A stretch of DNA of 30,874 nt from Promethearchaeota archaeon (GCA_027031765.1 JALVPN010000151.1:1-30874), one strand, 5' to 3'. Shown: positions 1 to 9,418, counted from the first letter of the stretch. Numbers and translations are program-made. The notes: generated by a model not told the origin, from the letters alone.

Positions 1-180
1 CGGCAGCCGCGGCATTGGGAGGGCCGCATCAAATGCGTTCATAGCAAGGTAGCGCCGAGCAATCTCGACGCCCTCCGTGAGTTCCAGCGCCCTGACCACC
101 CTCTCGACGATGTTGGCGTCGCCGTCCACTGGCAACGGGATCCTCGAAGAGCGGTCATGGTCATCGTCGGACTCTGTCAA
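1..180 (-). CDS. Partial (runs off window start) putative VIT1/CCC1-like membrane protein
   Basis: Manual translation from TTG at 180: MTESDDDHDRSSRIPLPVDGDANIVERVVRALELTEGVEIARRYLAMNAFDAAL. The 'EIARRY..MNAFD' segment resembles the first-TM motif of archaeal VIT1/CCC1-like proteins. Only 60 codons are visible, and the last few (PMPRLP) do not look like a TM helix. Confidence 0.45.
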   Translation of the reverse strand, partial: MTESDDDHDRSSRIPLPVDGDANIVERVVRALELTEGVEIARRYLAMNAFDAALPMPRLP

Positions 181-306
181 CTAGGATCTGTTCTCCCCGT
201 AGGAATCTTCACCACACTCTCGACACGCAAGGATATAAACCAGACGAAGTGGTGCAGCACACAGGTACCACGTGGGCGCCGTACACAAGAGTAATAGGCC
301 TCGGAT

Positions 307-1794
307 ATGGACTCTGGTCGTAGGCAAGCGCCACCCGTTGGTGATCCATTGCACGACACACAGGTTCTCACAATCTTCGACCGGCCCGCTGGGCTCAGGG
401 TCATCGGGCTCACCCAAGTCGCCTTTGGGACCGTTGGGCTAGTGGGTTCAGTGGGGCTACTTGTCGCAACTCTGATGGGTGTCCCGGCGCTCTCAGAGAA
501 CGGGTACCTCTACTCAGCCCTCGTGTTCGTGGGCATTGCAGTGCCATGTCTTGTGATAGGCAACTACGTGGACGACCTGAGAAGGGGGGCCGTCATCGCC
601 CAGATGGGATACAGTGCCATAGCGGCCACACTTGCGGGATACCTGCTCATTGTCCGCGGTCCCGACTATGAGTGGACGGTCCCGGTCTTCGGTATCACAG
701 TACAGGTCGCAGTGGGCCGGGTGGCGCTGATGATTGTCGTGGTCCAGGTACTCATAGCACTCTACCTGATAGCGAGATGGGAGCGCGTAGTGCCACCGGA
801 CACAGCAGTGGTCGTCAGGGACAGGACGAGGGCCAGACTGGTCGAACGGGGCATAGTCCAGCTGCCTGTCGGAGAGCACCTGCTCGCACCGGATGGGACC
901 AGCATCCACGACCCGGACGAGGTCCAACACGTCCTTGAGGCACGGAGGGTCGTGAGTGAAGAGGGCACGGCAATACTCTGTCCGAACTGTGGGGGCGCGA
1001 CCTCACTGTCGAAGGTGAACGAGGACAACACACTCACGTGTGACTACTGCGGCGTGAGAGTGGCGGTCGGCAGTGTGTTCGTACCGTGTACCAACCACCC
1101 GGAATACCTTGCTGCAGCGACCTGTGCGGTATGTGGTCAGCACTTCTGTAGGCGCTGTCTGACCGCACAGGAACCGCCCGTAGACGAGCGCTGGCGGGGC
1201 TCCCTCGTGCTACTGTGCAGGGACTGCTTTGAGGGCAGGTACATACCCGCAGTCGCGACCACTGCCTTCGCACTCCCGATAGAAGAGCTCTTTGGAGAGG
1301 CCGGCTCAAGGTTCAGGGCTGTGGCCCACCTGTACCGCAAGTTCCTCAGTGCGTATGCGAAAGTGGTGCGCTTTACGGTCCGGCTGTCCGTGGAGGTGCT
1401 GCCCCGGCTCATTGCGAGGGGGAGCCGGGAACGGTCTGACAACTGCGTTGCTTTCCTGTTCGCAGTTATCATCGCCATCATTGCCGTCCCCATCATCGTC
1501 GGTGTGCTGCTCCTCTTGGGCGCAGTCATAGTGGTACCGCTGCTCTTCTATGCAGGCCTCATAGGAGTCGTCGTGCAGGCGGTGCGCATCCTGCGCGGAA
1601 CCGACTTTGTCAGCCTTGACGAAGCAAGAGAGAGGGGCCTCCTCAAGAGGAAGAGGACCGAGATACCCAAGGAGTCGGAGCTGAGGCGCGACAGCCGTCA
1701 CTGGGAGCGCGGACGGACAGAGCCAAGGGGGTCCTACAAGGCCCCACTCTTCGACACGAGCTACGACCGTGGTGAGCCCACGAGGAGGTGGTGA
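307..1794 (+). CDS. Membrane protein with C4 zinc ribbon and B-box-type zinc finger
   Basis: About 4 N-terminal hydrophobic helices, then CPNC-x16-CDYC, then CTNH-x8-CAVC-x4-CRRC-x19-CRDC, then a C-terminal hydrophobic hairpin. Confidence 0.8.
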   Translation: MDSGRRQAPPVGDPLHDTQVLTIFDRPAGLRVIGLTQVAFGTVGLVGSVGLLVATLMGVPALSENGYLYSALVFVGIAVPCLVIGNYVDDLRRGAVIAQMGYSAIAATLAGYLLIVRGPDYEWTVPVFGITVQVAVGRVALMIVVVQVLIALYLIARWERVVPPDTAVVVRDRTRARLVERGIVQLPVGEHLLAPDGTSIHDPDEVQHVLEARRVVSEEGTAILCPNCGGATSLSKVNEDNTLTCDYCGVRVAVGSVFVPCTNHPEYLAAATCAVCGQHFCRRCLTAQEPPVDERWRGSLVLLCRDCFEGRYIPAVATTAFALPIEELFGEAGSRFRAVAHLYRKFLSAYAKVVRFTVRLSVEVLPRLIARGSRERSDNCVAFLFAVIIAIIAVPIIVGVLLLLGAVIVVPLLFYAGLIGVVVQAVRILRGTDFVSLDEARERGLLKRKRTEIPKESELRRDSRHWERGRTEPRGSYKAPLFDTSYDRGEPTRRW

Positions 1795-1800
1795 GGGCTG

Positions 1801-2643
1801 ATGGGACTGGACGGGACACAGCAGGACACGGACGAGTCTGGCGCGATCATGTGTCCGGTGTGTGGGGGCAGAGTGGTCATCGAGCACAATGACAGGGTGA
1901 ACTACTGCGAGTACTGCGGCAGCCCAGTGATGGGCCCGGCCCAGGACAGGAACTGCGCCTACCACCCCGACAGGCTGGCAAAACAGGTCTGTCACGTCTG
2001 TGGCCGTCTCATCTGTGAGGAGTGCACCACGAGGCGTGTGGGCCTCTACGGTGGAAAGGCACTCACGGCCTTCCACTGTCCGGAGCCAGAGTGCAAGGCG
2101 GCACTCTCGTGGATGGAGCCGGTGCGCGAGGAGTACAGCAGGCTGCTGGACATGGAGTGGGCTGCCAAACGTGACGTCTTCGCATTCAGGGTGGGCGGTG
2201 TGGGGGCCATCCTGTTCATGCTCGCCGAGCTGGTACTGGTACTCATGATGCTGGGTGAACAGTTCTTCACGGCGTGGGGCACCAGCACGTTCCCATACCT
2301 CTTCGTGAGAGGGGACCTGACCGTAATAGTGAGTGTCGCTGGGAACCTCACTTCGGCAGCGATGCTCCAGGTCACAATCATGGTCTATGACCACCTCAGG
2401 CAGATGACAGCAGGGGCCCTCGCCCTCGTGTTCGTCGTAGTGGAGTGGCTGCTCGTATGGGGACGGGTGGTACTCTTCAACCTCTTCGCGGCCGTCCATG
2501 CCAGTTCGTTCGTCCTGATAGTTGCGGTCATGGCCTTTGCAACGGTGTTCTTGGTCCCGGCTGCGAGTGTCGCGGTGGTAACGGGACTTGAGAAACTCCA
2601 CCAGATACGGCTTGCGCGGAGTACGTTGGTACGGGACTCGTGA
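1801..2643 (+). CDS. Zinc ribbon and B-box-type zinc finger membrane protein (paralogue of upstream gene)
   Basis: CPVC-x14-CEYC, CAYH-x8-CHVC-x4-CEEC-x17-CPEPEC, then about 4 TM helices. It starts 6 nt after the upstream stop. Confidence 0.8.
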   Translation: MGLDGTQQDTDESGAIMCPVCGGRVVIEHNDRVNYCEYCGSPVMGPAQDRNCAYHPDRLAKQVCHVCGRLICEECTTRRVGLYGGKALTAFHCPEPECKAALSWMEPVREEYSRLLDMEWAAKRDVFAFRVGGVGAILFMLAELVLVLMMLGEQFFTAWGTSTFPYLFVRGDLTVIVSVAGNLTSAAMLQVTIMVYDHLRQMTAGALALVFVVVEWLLVWGRVVLFNLFAAVHASSFVLIVAVMAFATVFLVPAASVAVVTGLEKLHQIRLARSTLVRDS

Positions 2644-2649
2644 GTGTCT

Positions 2650-4398
2650 TCACTCCTCAACATCGAACAGGTCGATTATCCTGAACCGCTCGACATCCAC
2701 GAGGCCACGGTCCGTTATCTTGAGCTCCGGGATCACGGGTAGTGACAGGAACGCCATTGCCATGAAGGGCTCGTCAAGGGTGACACCCAGTCGGTCAGTG
2801 GCACTCTTCAGTGCCCCCAGGCGTTCGCTCACCTCCTCAATTGGCCTGTCGGACATCAGTCCTGCTATTGGTAGTGGGAGCGACTCCAGCACCCGACCAC
2901 CCTGGACCACGGCAAGACCGCCATGCATCCGCACCACCTGTATTGCGGCCTCAATCAGGTCGTGGTCGTTGGTAGCAACAGCGACAATGTTGTGACTGTC
3001 ATGGGCGATGGACGACACCATTGCGCCGTCCTGGAGGCCGATGCCCTTTACAAAGCCGACAGAGTGTGGTACCGAGGCGTTGTGACGTTCGATGATTGTC
3101 ACCTTTGTTATGTCGCGGTCAGGGTCAGGGACCACAAGTCCGTCCCGCACAGGTGCCTCTTCGATCAGCCGGTCAGTGACTATCTGGTGCGTGCGCACAC
3201 CAATCACATTGATGTGGTCGCCCTTCGCCGGCACCCTGAAGTCATCAGGCTCCAGCCAGTGGATGTTCACAGAACGGCGGAGCCGTGGCGGCTCAACGTG
3301 TTCACGTCCACCGACCATCCTGCCGTCCTTGGCCACAAGCACACCGCGCTTGAACACCATCTCGACGCCCACGCGTTCCAGGGAGTCCAGGACGACGAGG
3401 TCGGCGTAATAGCCTGGTGCAACGGCCCCTGCATACTGGATGCCGTAGTGGCGTGCCGTAGAGAGAGTGGCGACCTTGATGGCAAGGACCGGGTCGACAC
3501 CGTACTCAACAGCCTCGCGTATCATACTGTCAATATGGCCCTTTGTCAGCAAGTCCAGTGGGTTGCGGTCGTCCGTCACGAAGCTGCAGAACATCGCCGT
3601 GTGTGGCTGGATGAGCGGGGCCAGGGCCTTCAGGTCGCGGGCTGTGGAGCCCTCGCGGATGTGGATGTGCATGCCCGCAGCCAGCTTCCTGCGCGCCTCA
3701 TCAAGAGTTGTGCACTCGTGTTCTGACGTAATCCTCGCTACAACGTAGGCGTTCAGGTCCAGGCCGTCGAGTCCGGGAGCGTGCCCGTCAACACGCTTGC
3801 CCATCGCAAGTGCAACGCGGATCTTGTGGAGCACATCCGGGTCGCGGTATATGACCCCAGGATAGTTCATCGCCTCAGCAAGGCCCAGGACGTAGTGCTC
3901 CGTCATCAGCGGCTTGATGTCCAGAAAGTCAAGGGCCACGCCGTTGGTCTCCAGGTCCGTGGAAGGCACACACGACGGCAGCATGATGAAGAAGTCCAGC
4001 GCGCTGCCACGCATGCTCTTGCTCATGTACATGATGCCCTCCATGCCCAGAACGTTCGCTATCTCGTGGGGGTCCGCAACGACGGCCCCGGTACCGTGGG
4101 GTACCACCGCACGAGCGTACTGGAGCGGCATCACCATTGAGGACTCAACGTGGACGTGGCCATCAAAGAATGAGGGTGCAACATAGTGGCCGTGGAGGTC
4201 TATTACCTTGCTCCCCACGTAGTCGCCAATCCCGGCAACATAGCCTGCGTGAATGGCAATGTCACCCTCAACGATGTCGTCTGTGAACACATTCACGACA
4301 CGCGCGTTCTTTAGGACAAGGCCGGCCCGCGTCCGTCCTGAGGCGACATCAATCATCTCGTCAATGGGATAATTGGCCGAGCGGGTCCTGGACATCAT
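2650..4398 (-). CDS. ade: Adenine deaminase
   Basis: Amidohydrolase motifs DGHVHVESSM, DPHEIANVLG, AEAMNYPGV, DGHAPGL, VTDDRNP and SIAHDSHN; about 582 aa. Start may be 4401 (TTG), 4398 or 4395. Confidence 0.95.
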   Translation of the reverse strand: MMSRTRSANYPIDEMIDVASGRTRAGLVLKNARVVNVFTDDIVEGDIAIHAGYVAGIGDYVGSKVIDLHGHYVAPSFFDGHVHVESSMVMPLQYARAVVPHGTGAVVADPHEIANVLGMEGIMYMSKSMRGSALDFFIMLPSCVPSTDLETNGVALDFLDIKPLMTEHYVLGLAEAMNYPGVIYRDPDVLHKIRVALAMGKRVDGHAPGLDGLDLNAYVVARITSEHECTTLDEARRKLAAGMHIHIREGSTARDLKALAPLIQPHTAMFCSFVTDDRNPLDLLTKGHIDSMIREAVEYGVDPVLAIKVATLSTARHYGIQYAGAVAPGYYADLVVLDSLERVGVEMVFKRGVLVAKDGRMVGGREHVEPPRLRRSVNIHWLEPDDFRVPAKGDHINVIGVRTHQIVTDRLIEEAPVRDGLVVPDPDRDITKVTIIERHNASVPHSVGFVKGIGLQDGAMVSSIAHDSHNIVAVATNDHDLIEAAIQVVRMHGGLAVVQGGRVLESLPLPIAGLMSDRPIEEVSERLGALKSATDRLGVTLDEPFMAMAFLSLPVIPELKITDRGLVDVERFRIIDLFDVEE

Positions 4399-4446
4399 CA
4401 ATCACTTATATGGCCAGCCCATCCACAGCTGAAAAGGGTTTCCGAA

Positions 4447-4476
4447 TGTCACCCCTGTGTGCAAACACTGGTGACA
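4447..4476. promoter_or_regulatory. Inverted repeat or hairpin upstream of ade
   Basis: TGTCACC(4447-4453)...GGTGACA(4470-4476), with an inner GTGT-GCAA-ACAC stem-loop, about 50 nt upstream of the ade start. Function unknown. Confidence 0.35.
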
Positions 4477-4655
4477 GGCAGGATGACGCGTTTCGCTGCA
4501 ATATCGGGGTGCACAGTCCACAGCGTCCTCCAGACGCAACTGGCCCGCTACCAGTGGAGTCAGCCACCACGCTGGTCAGGAGATGTCCGCACAGGTCTGG
4601 CGGCGGCTACTGTCATGACCACAGGGCTGCAACGACGACCCGACCCCGGGCGGAC

Positions 4656-5036
4656 TCACGCCAGCGCTATCGCCTCTACTTCAATCCCCACATCCTTTGG
4701 CAGTCGCGCGACCTCGACTGCAGCCCGTGCCGGGGGGTCTTCCTTGAACCATCGCGCGTACTCCTCATTCATCTCAGGAAAGTCGTCCATGTCCCTGAGG
4801 AAGACCGTGACCTTCACCACCCGTTCAAGGCAAGAACCCGCGGCCTCGAGGACCGCCTTCAGGTTAGACATGACCTGACGCGTCTGGTCAGCAATGGGGC
4901 CTGTTACGAGCTTGCCGGTTGACGGGTCCAGCGGGATCTGTCCAGAGCAGAACACTAGACCGGCCGCACGCACTGCCTGTGAGTATGGGCCGATTGCCCG
5001 CGGGGCAGCTTCTGTAGATATGACCTCGCGACTCAT
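4656..5036 (-). CDS. ridA: RidA/YjgF/UK114 enamine-imine deaminase
   Basis: [22 protein letters not shown]...[10 protein letters not shown]...[24 protein letters not shown], including the catalytic Arg in PAR; 126 aa from ATG 5036. Confidence 0.95.
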   Translation of the reverse strand: MSREVISTEAAPRAIGPYSQAVRAAGLVFCSGQIPLDPSTGKLVTGPIADQTRQVMSNLKAVLEAAGSCLERVVKVTVFLRDMDDFPEMNEEYARWFKEDPPARAAVEVARLPKDVGIEVEAIALA

Positions 5037-5106
5037 GTTCCATCGGACCCCAGGTGTGCGCCCGTGGCGGATTAATCTAGTGGTGGGCGACCCGAGTCGG
5101 GAGGGG

Positions 5107-6078
5107 TCAGCCCGGTGGTGGTGGCGGCACCGGGTGGCCACGTACGATGCGCGTCCCGGCCTCTCCGTGCAGGGCACGGGTTATGTTGGGGGGGTCAGTG
5201 ATTATTGCGATGCCCCCCGTGTGGCGGACGAAGTCCACGCACGCCTCTATCTTGGGGAGCATGCTGCCGGGGGCGAAGTGTCCTTCCTCAATGTAGCGCT
5301 GTGCCTCCACGTGGTCCATCTGTCGGACTGGTGTCTGTTCTGGCGTGCCATAGTTGAGATATGCCTGCTCCACGGCTGTGGAGATGAGCAGGAGGTCTGC
5401 ACCCAGTCCCTTCGCCAAGAGGGACGACGCTCGGTCCTTGTCGATGACCGCAGCAACACCCTCGAGCTGACCACGCTCGTCCTCGACAACAGGGATGCCG
5501 CCACCGCCCACTGCGTACACAATGAAGCCCTCGTCCAGCAGGGTGCGTATCACTGGCAGCTCGATAATCCTCCGGGGGGCTGGAGAGGGCACCACCCGCC
5601 GCCAGCCGCGGCCTGCGTCCTCGCGTACCACCCAGCCCTCTTCACGTTCGCGCCGCCGCGCCGTCTCTTCGTCCATGAACGAGCCCACCGGCTTTGTGGG
5701 GTCCTCGAAGGCCGGGTCGTCACGGTCTACGAGCACCTGGGTCACAATACTTGCAGCCAGCCGGTCCATGCCCCGCCTCCGGAACTCGTTGTACATCGCC
5801 CTCTGGATCATGTAACCGATTGCGCCCTGTGTGTCTGCACCACAGTAGTCGAGTGGCACCTCGTGGAGCTCGTGGGCAGCGAGCTCTGAACGCCTCAGCA
5901 TGAAGCCGACTTGGGGGCCGTTGCCGGACGTGACTACCACATCCCAGCCCTCCTCAATCATATCCACAATGTGCTTGCACGTCTCTGCAGCCGCAGCATA
6001 CTGGTCAGGGATTGTACGGTGCGCACTGTCCCTGATCAGGGAGTTCCCTCCAATCGCAATGACGGCCTTCTTTGGCAT
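5107..6078 (-). CDS. arcC: Carbamate kinase
   Basis: [48 protein letters not shown] and [11 protein letters not shown]-like GGGTGA precedes ATG 6078. Confidence 0.95.
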   Translation of the reverse strand: MPKKAVIAIGGNSLIRDSAHRTIPDQYAAAAETCKHIVDMIEEGWDVVVTSGNGPQVGFMLRRSELAAHELHEVPLDYCGADTQGAIGYMIQRAMYNEFRRRGMDRLAASIVTQVLVDRDDPAFEDPTKPVGSFMDEETARRREREEGWVVREDAGRGWRRVVPSPAPRRIIELPVIRTLLDEGFIVYAVGGGGIPVVEDERGQLEGVAAVIDKDRASSLLAKGLGADLLLISTAVEQAYLNYGTPEQTPVRQMDHVEAQRYIEEGHFAPGSMLPKIEACVDFVRHTGGIAIITDPPNITRALHGEAGTRIVRGHPVPPPPPG

Positions 6079-6520
6079 TGTCACCCAACTCCTCTAGGTT
6101 GGAGGGGCCAAACGGGGTCAGTCCCCCTTATTAACATGAGGCATCTTGACCACAGTGCTGCCTCACATACGGATACGAGGCTGACAGGACACGGCAGCAA
6201 GGGTCGGCACAGCCCTGGCCCACACCCGGGGGCGAACTTGACAGGGACCGCACAGTCACAAGTGTCCTGGGACTGCCAGCTGTGACTGGTGAACTCCTAT
6301 ACCAGCATGTTTTTCACACCATCAAGACAAGTCGACCTACCATTGTTGCTGTCCGACAGAAGAGGAGAGCTCCACGGCGATGACGTGGGGCGCACAGCAG
6401 CCCTGACGCACAGGTCGGCAAAGGACACACCCCTCAGTCATAGCGTACTGCGTGGACAGACGCTGTTGGTGGCCGGGGTAACACTTGCCACTGTTGGGCC
6501 ATGAGCACCAATGCCACTCT

Positions 6521-8005
6521 ATGAAGGTGTTGCACTTAGACGCGACTATCTCCGGACGCCAAGGAGGCCACGAAACAGAAGAGTTCCACATACTGTTCAA
6601 TGCCATCCCAGAGGCTGCGTTCCTGTGGGTCCAACAACATGACGGCACAATAGTCCTGCGCGCAATCAACCGCGCGATGAGCCTCTTCTCACGTGGTGCA
6701 GCTGATGCCTTTGTCGGGAGGAGAATCGGAGAAGTCTTCGACAAGGACGAGTGGACGTGCGGAGCAGTGAGGGAGGTGCTCAGGACAGGCCGGAGTATGA
6801 GACGTGAGGCCCCCGCCACAGACCACCTTGCCAGGGCACGCCGGTCTGTTTGGGAGATGACCCGCATATCTGGAAACGCCGCAGTGCTGGTCATCCGGAT
6901 GATTGATGTCAGCCGGAGCGAGATTGAGAGGTCGCAGAGGCAGGAACAGCGGTACAGGACGGTGCTCGGGGCCTCTCCGGACGCCATCTACCTTGTGGCT
7001 GCTGACGGCACCATAGAGATGGTGAACCGTGTTGCCGTCACCCTGAGTGGTTGCAAGGGGTATGACGAGCTCGTGGGGCGGAGCGTGTATGACTTTGTCA
7101 CGCAGGTCCACAAGGACGACGCAAGAGAGTTCATCCGCAGGGTGCTCAGAGAGGCCGGCCCAGTAAGGACAGAGTCCATCATGACGAGAGTGGACGGCAC
7201 GACCGTTGATGTCGAACTGCGCGCCGCCGCCATAGTTGACCCAGAGGACGGCCTGGAGGCGGTCGTACTGGTGGTCAGGGACATGTCCGACTGGAAACGG
7301 AGAGGGACAGAACTACGCTACGCCCGCGAGCGCGCGATGCTGTACCTTGACATCCTCGGCCATGACATCAGGAACCAGTTACAAGTGATAGTCGCGGCGG
7401 CCGAGATTGTTGAGCAAGGTACCCGGTCAGGCCCAGTATCAGAGAGCGTCCAGAGGATCAAGGATGCTACGAGCCGGTGCGCCACAATCATAGGCAAGGT
7501 GGAGGCCACCGAAGGGCTGAGCGCACTCAGACTAGTGCCCAGGGACATGTGCGACGTGGTGACCGAGGCCGTCAGGAGAACACAGAGGATGTACCCTGAC
7601 GTAACCATCGGGCTAGTGTCTGACGTTGAACACGTTGTTGTGGACGCTGACAGGTTCCTCGATGACATACTTATGAACCTGCTCGACAATGCGGTACGCC
7701 ACAACCCCGGGTCGACCGAGCACGTATGGGTCACTATCCACATGGCGCCCAAGGGGGGAGTCGTGGTCTCAATTGCTGACAACGGGCGCGGTATCCCGGA
7801 CCCCGTGAAACGAGCCCTCCTCGGACCGGCACGGCGCTACGGCGGCGTCAGCCTACACCAGATAGAAGAAATCGTGCACAAGTACGGGGGCCGCCTGACA
7901 ATCCAGGACCGCATCGAGGGGCGGCCTGACATGGGGGCAATGTTCCAGGTCCGGCTCCCTGCGAGCAGTAGCGTACTGCAGCCGAGCCCACCTAGTGGCC
8001 TGTAG
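6521..8005 (+). CDS. PAS-domain sensor histidine kinase (PAS-PAS-HisKA-HATPase)
   Basis: PAS-like segments FNAIPEAAF and YRTVLGASPDAIY. H-box LDILGHDIRNQL, N-box MNLLDNAVRHN, G1 IADNGRGIPD, and an atypical G2 (YGGVSL). Start uncertain (6485 TTG or 6521 ATG). Confidence 0.9.
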   Translation: MKVLHLDATISGRQGGHETEEFHILFNAIPEAAFLWVQQHDGTIVLRAINRAMSLFSRGAADAFVGRRIGEVFDKDEWTCGAVREVLRTGRSMRREAPATDHLARARRSVWEMTRISGNAAVLVIRMIDVSRSEIERSQRQEQRYRTVLGASPDAIYLVAADGTIEMVNRVAVTLSGCKGYDELVGRSVYDFVTQVHKDDAREFIRRVLREAGPVRTESIMTRVDGTTVDVELRAAAIVDPEDGLEAVVLVVRDMSDWKRRGTELRYARERAMLYLDILGHDIRNQLQVIVAAAEIVEQGTRSGPVSESVQRIKDATSRCATIIGKVEATEGLSALRLVPRDMCDVVTEAVRRTQRMYPDVTIGLVSDVEHVVVDADRFLDDILMNLLDNAVRHNPGSTEHVWVTIHMAPKGGVVVSIADNGRGIPDPVKRALLGPARRYGGVSLHQIEEIVHKYGGRLTIQDRIEGRPDMGAMFQVRLPASSSVLQPSPPSGL

Positions 8006-8020
8006 TCCGCACGTCAGCTC

Positions 8021-8758
8021 TCAGGGCCCTCTTTGCAGCCACCGTTCCAAGTATTCGCCCTCAGCCCTAGTGGCCTCCTGAGGCGTCCTGCCGGCCAAGT
8101 CGTCCAGCATCCTCTTCGTATGGAGGACTACCCACCAGTCCCGCGACAGCAGTGCTGCGGCGTATTCTCTGACCTCGTCCATCAGCATGTCACGAGGTAC
8201 CACTCTGTTGGCAAGACCAAGTCCGTAGGCCTCCTGTGCCGACAGGGCACGCCCAGACAGGAGGATGTCCTTGGCACGCGAGACCCCCACCAGGTCAACG
8301 AGAGGGGAGGCTGCACCCGCAGCTGGGAGTATGTCCAGCTCGACCTCCGGTAAGCGGAACACCGCGTCCTCAGAGAAGAAGCGGAGGTCACAGCTGATTG
8401 CAAGTATGGCACCAAAACCAATGGCGTAGCCGTTGACCGCAGCTATTGTGATACACGAGTCAGAGGAGGACAGCCGTGCCATTGATGACTCCAGCAGTTT
8501 GAAGAACCGGTACCTCGCGTCGCCCTGGAGTGACTGTACTGTCGTGAGGTCGAACCCAGCAGAGAACGCGCGGTCCCCGTCCCCAGTAAAGACCACAACT
8601 CGTACGTCAGGGTCACCAAGTAGCTCCGTGACCGTCCTGTCGAACGACTCCAGCATCTCCTGTGTCACAGAGTTGAGCTTCGTCGGACGTGACACGGTCA
8701 CAGTCGTGATGTGCCCAGTGCGGTCGACGAGGATGCGTCCACTGTCGGGGCTTTCCAT
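8021..8758 (-). CDS. Enoyl-CoA hydratase/isomerase (crotonase) family protein
   Basis: RPTKLNS, FSAGFDL oxyanion motif, AAVNGYAIGFG, FRLPEV, LSAQEAYGLGLANRVVP. Confidence 0.9.
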   Translation of the reverse strand: MESPDSGRILVDRTGHITTVTVSRPTKLNSVTQEMLESFDRTVTELLGDPDVRVVVFTGDGDRAFSAGFDLTTVQSLQGDARYRFFKLLESSMARLSSSDSCITIAAVNGYAIGFGAILAISCDLRFFSEDAVFRLPEVELDILPAAGAASPLVDLVGVSRAKDILLSGRALSAQEAYGLGLANRVVPRDMLMDEVREYAAALLSRDWWVVLHTKRMLDDLAGRTPQEATRAEGEYLERWLQRGP

Positions 8759-9001
8759 GGCTATCCAGTCCTGTCCGTCCTGCGCAGTTGCTGGCTGTCC
8801 GCATCAAAAGCATTTCGGGCCCCCATGGCCAGGCTGGACACGGTACTGTTCCATTGCCGTGGCAGGGGATGACGGTGGGTGTGCCAAGCCAGCCACGCGG
8901 GCACTACACCAATGACGGGCCAGATAGGCACTAGCTTGGCGGTGTGGCGCCGACAACGGTCGTGCACATGTTGGTGGGAGTAGCCGCAAGTAGTGGTGCA
9001 C

Positions 9002-9418
9002 TCACTGAGACGCCTGCGCCGCCTCAGACCCATGGCCCTCTGCCTGTCCCTGACGTTTCCGCTGTTCATAGTCCTCGATTGCCTTGTGGAGGGCCTCTGC
9101 CGCCAAGTTGCTACAGTGCATCTTCTGCGGGGGCAGCCCCCCCAAGGCCTCCGCGACTTGCTGCCGGGTGATCTTCTTGGCCTCCTCAATGGTCAGGCCA
9201 ATGGCCATCTGGGTGGTCATCGACGAGGTTGCAATGGCGGCCACACAGCCGAAGGTCTCCACTTTGATGTCCACAATCCGGCCGTCTTCCACCCGGATGT
9301 AGAGGCGCAACATGTCACCACACACGGGGTTCCCCACGGTGCCAACACCGTCAGGGTCCTCAATCCGCCCCATGTTCTTAGGGTCCCTAAAGTTCTCCAT
9401 CACCTTGTCGCTGTACAA
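9002..9418 (-). CDS. iscU: IscU/NifU-N-type Fe-S cluster scaffold
   Basis: From TTG 9418: MYSDKVMENFRDPKNMG...GNPVCGD...TFGCVAAIA...LPPQKMHCSNLA, with three conserved Cys and the conserved Asp. GAGGT SD-like motif upstream. Confidence 0.95.
   Translation of the reverse strand: MYSDKVMENFRDPKNMGRIEDPDGVGTVGNPVCGDMLRLYIRVEDGRIVDIKVETFGCVAAIATSSMTTQMAIGLTIEEAKKITRQQVAEALGGLPPQKMHCSNLAAEALHKAIEDYEQRKRQGQAEGHGSEAAQASQ

Noticed and set aside
181-183. In-frame TAG just before the TTG at 180, suggesting pyrrolysine readthrough; possible Sec/Pyl recoding elsewhere
   Set aside because: The upstream frame is antisense to the gene at 307. TAG is the ordinary stop for many genes here (e.g. 8005, 14467, 16067, 27182, 29989), and no split gene with an in-frame TGA/TAG was found.
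1306-2601. 431-aa minus-strand ORF, and similar long antisense ORFs (2923-3726+, 4894-5889+, 16895-17824+, 20270-21124+, 27644-28684+)
   Set aside because: They lie antisense to well-supported genes, have shadow-frame composition and no motifs, and are expected at this GC content.
4402-4655. Purine riboswitch upstream of ade
   Set aside because: The conserved purine-aptamer core was not found on the minus strand; only a simple hairpin is present.
5911-5940. Carbamate kinase motif SGNGPQVG instead of HGNGPQVG
   Set aside because: It is a single substitution with the GNGPQ core and all other motifs intact, so there is no basis to infer altered function.
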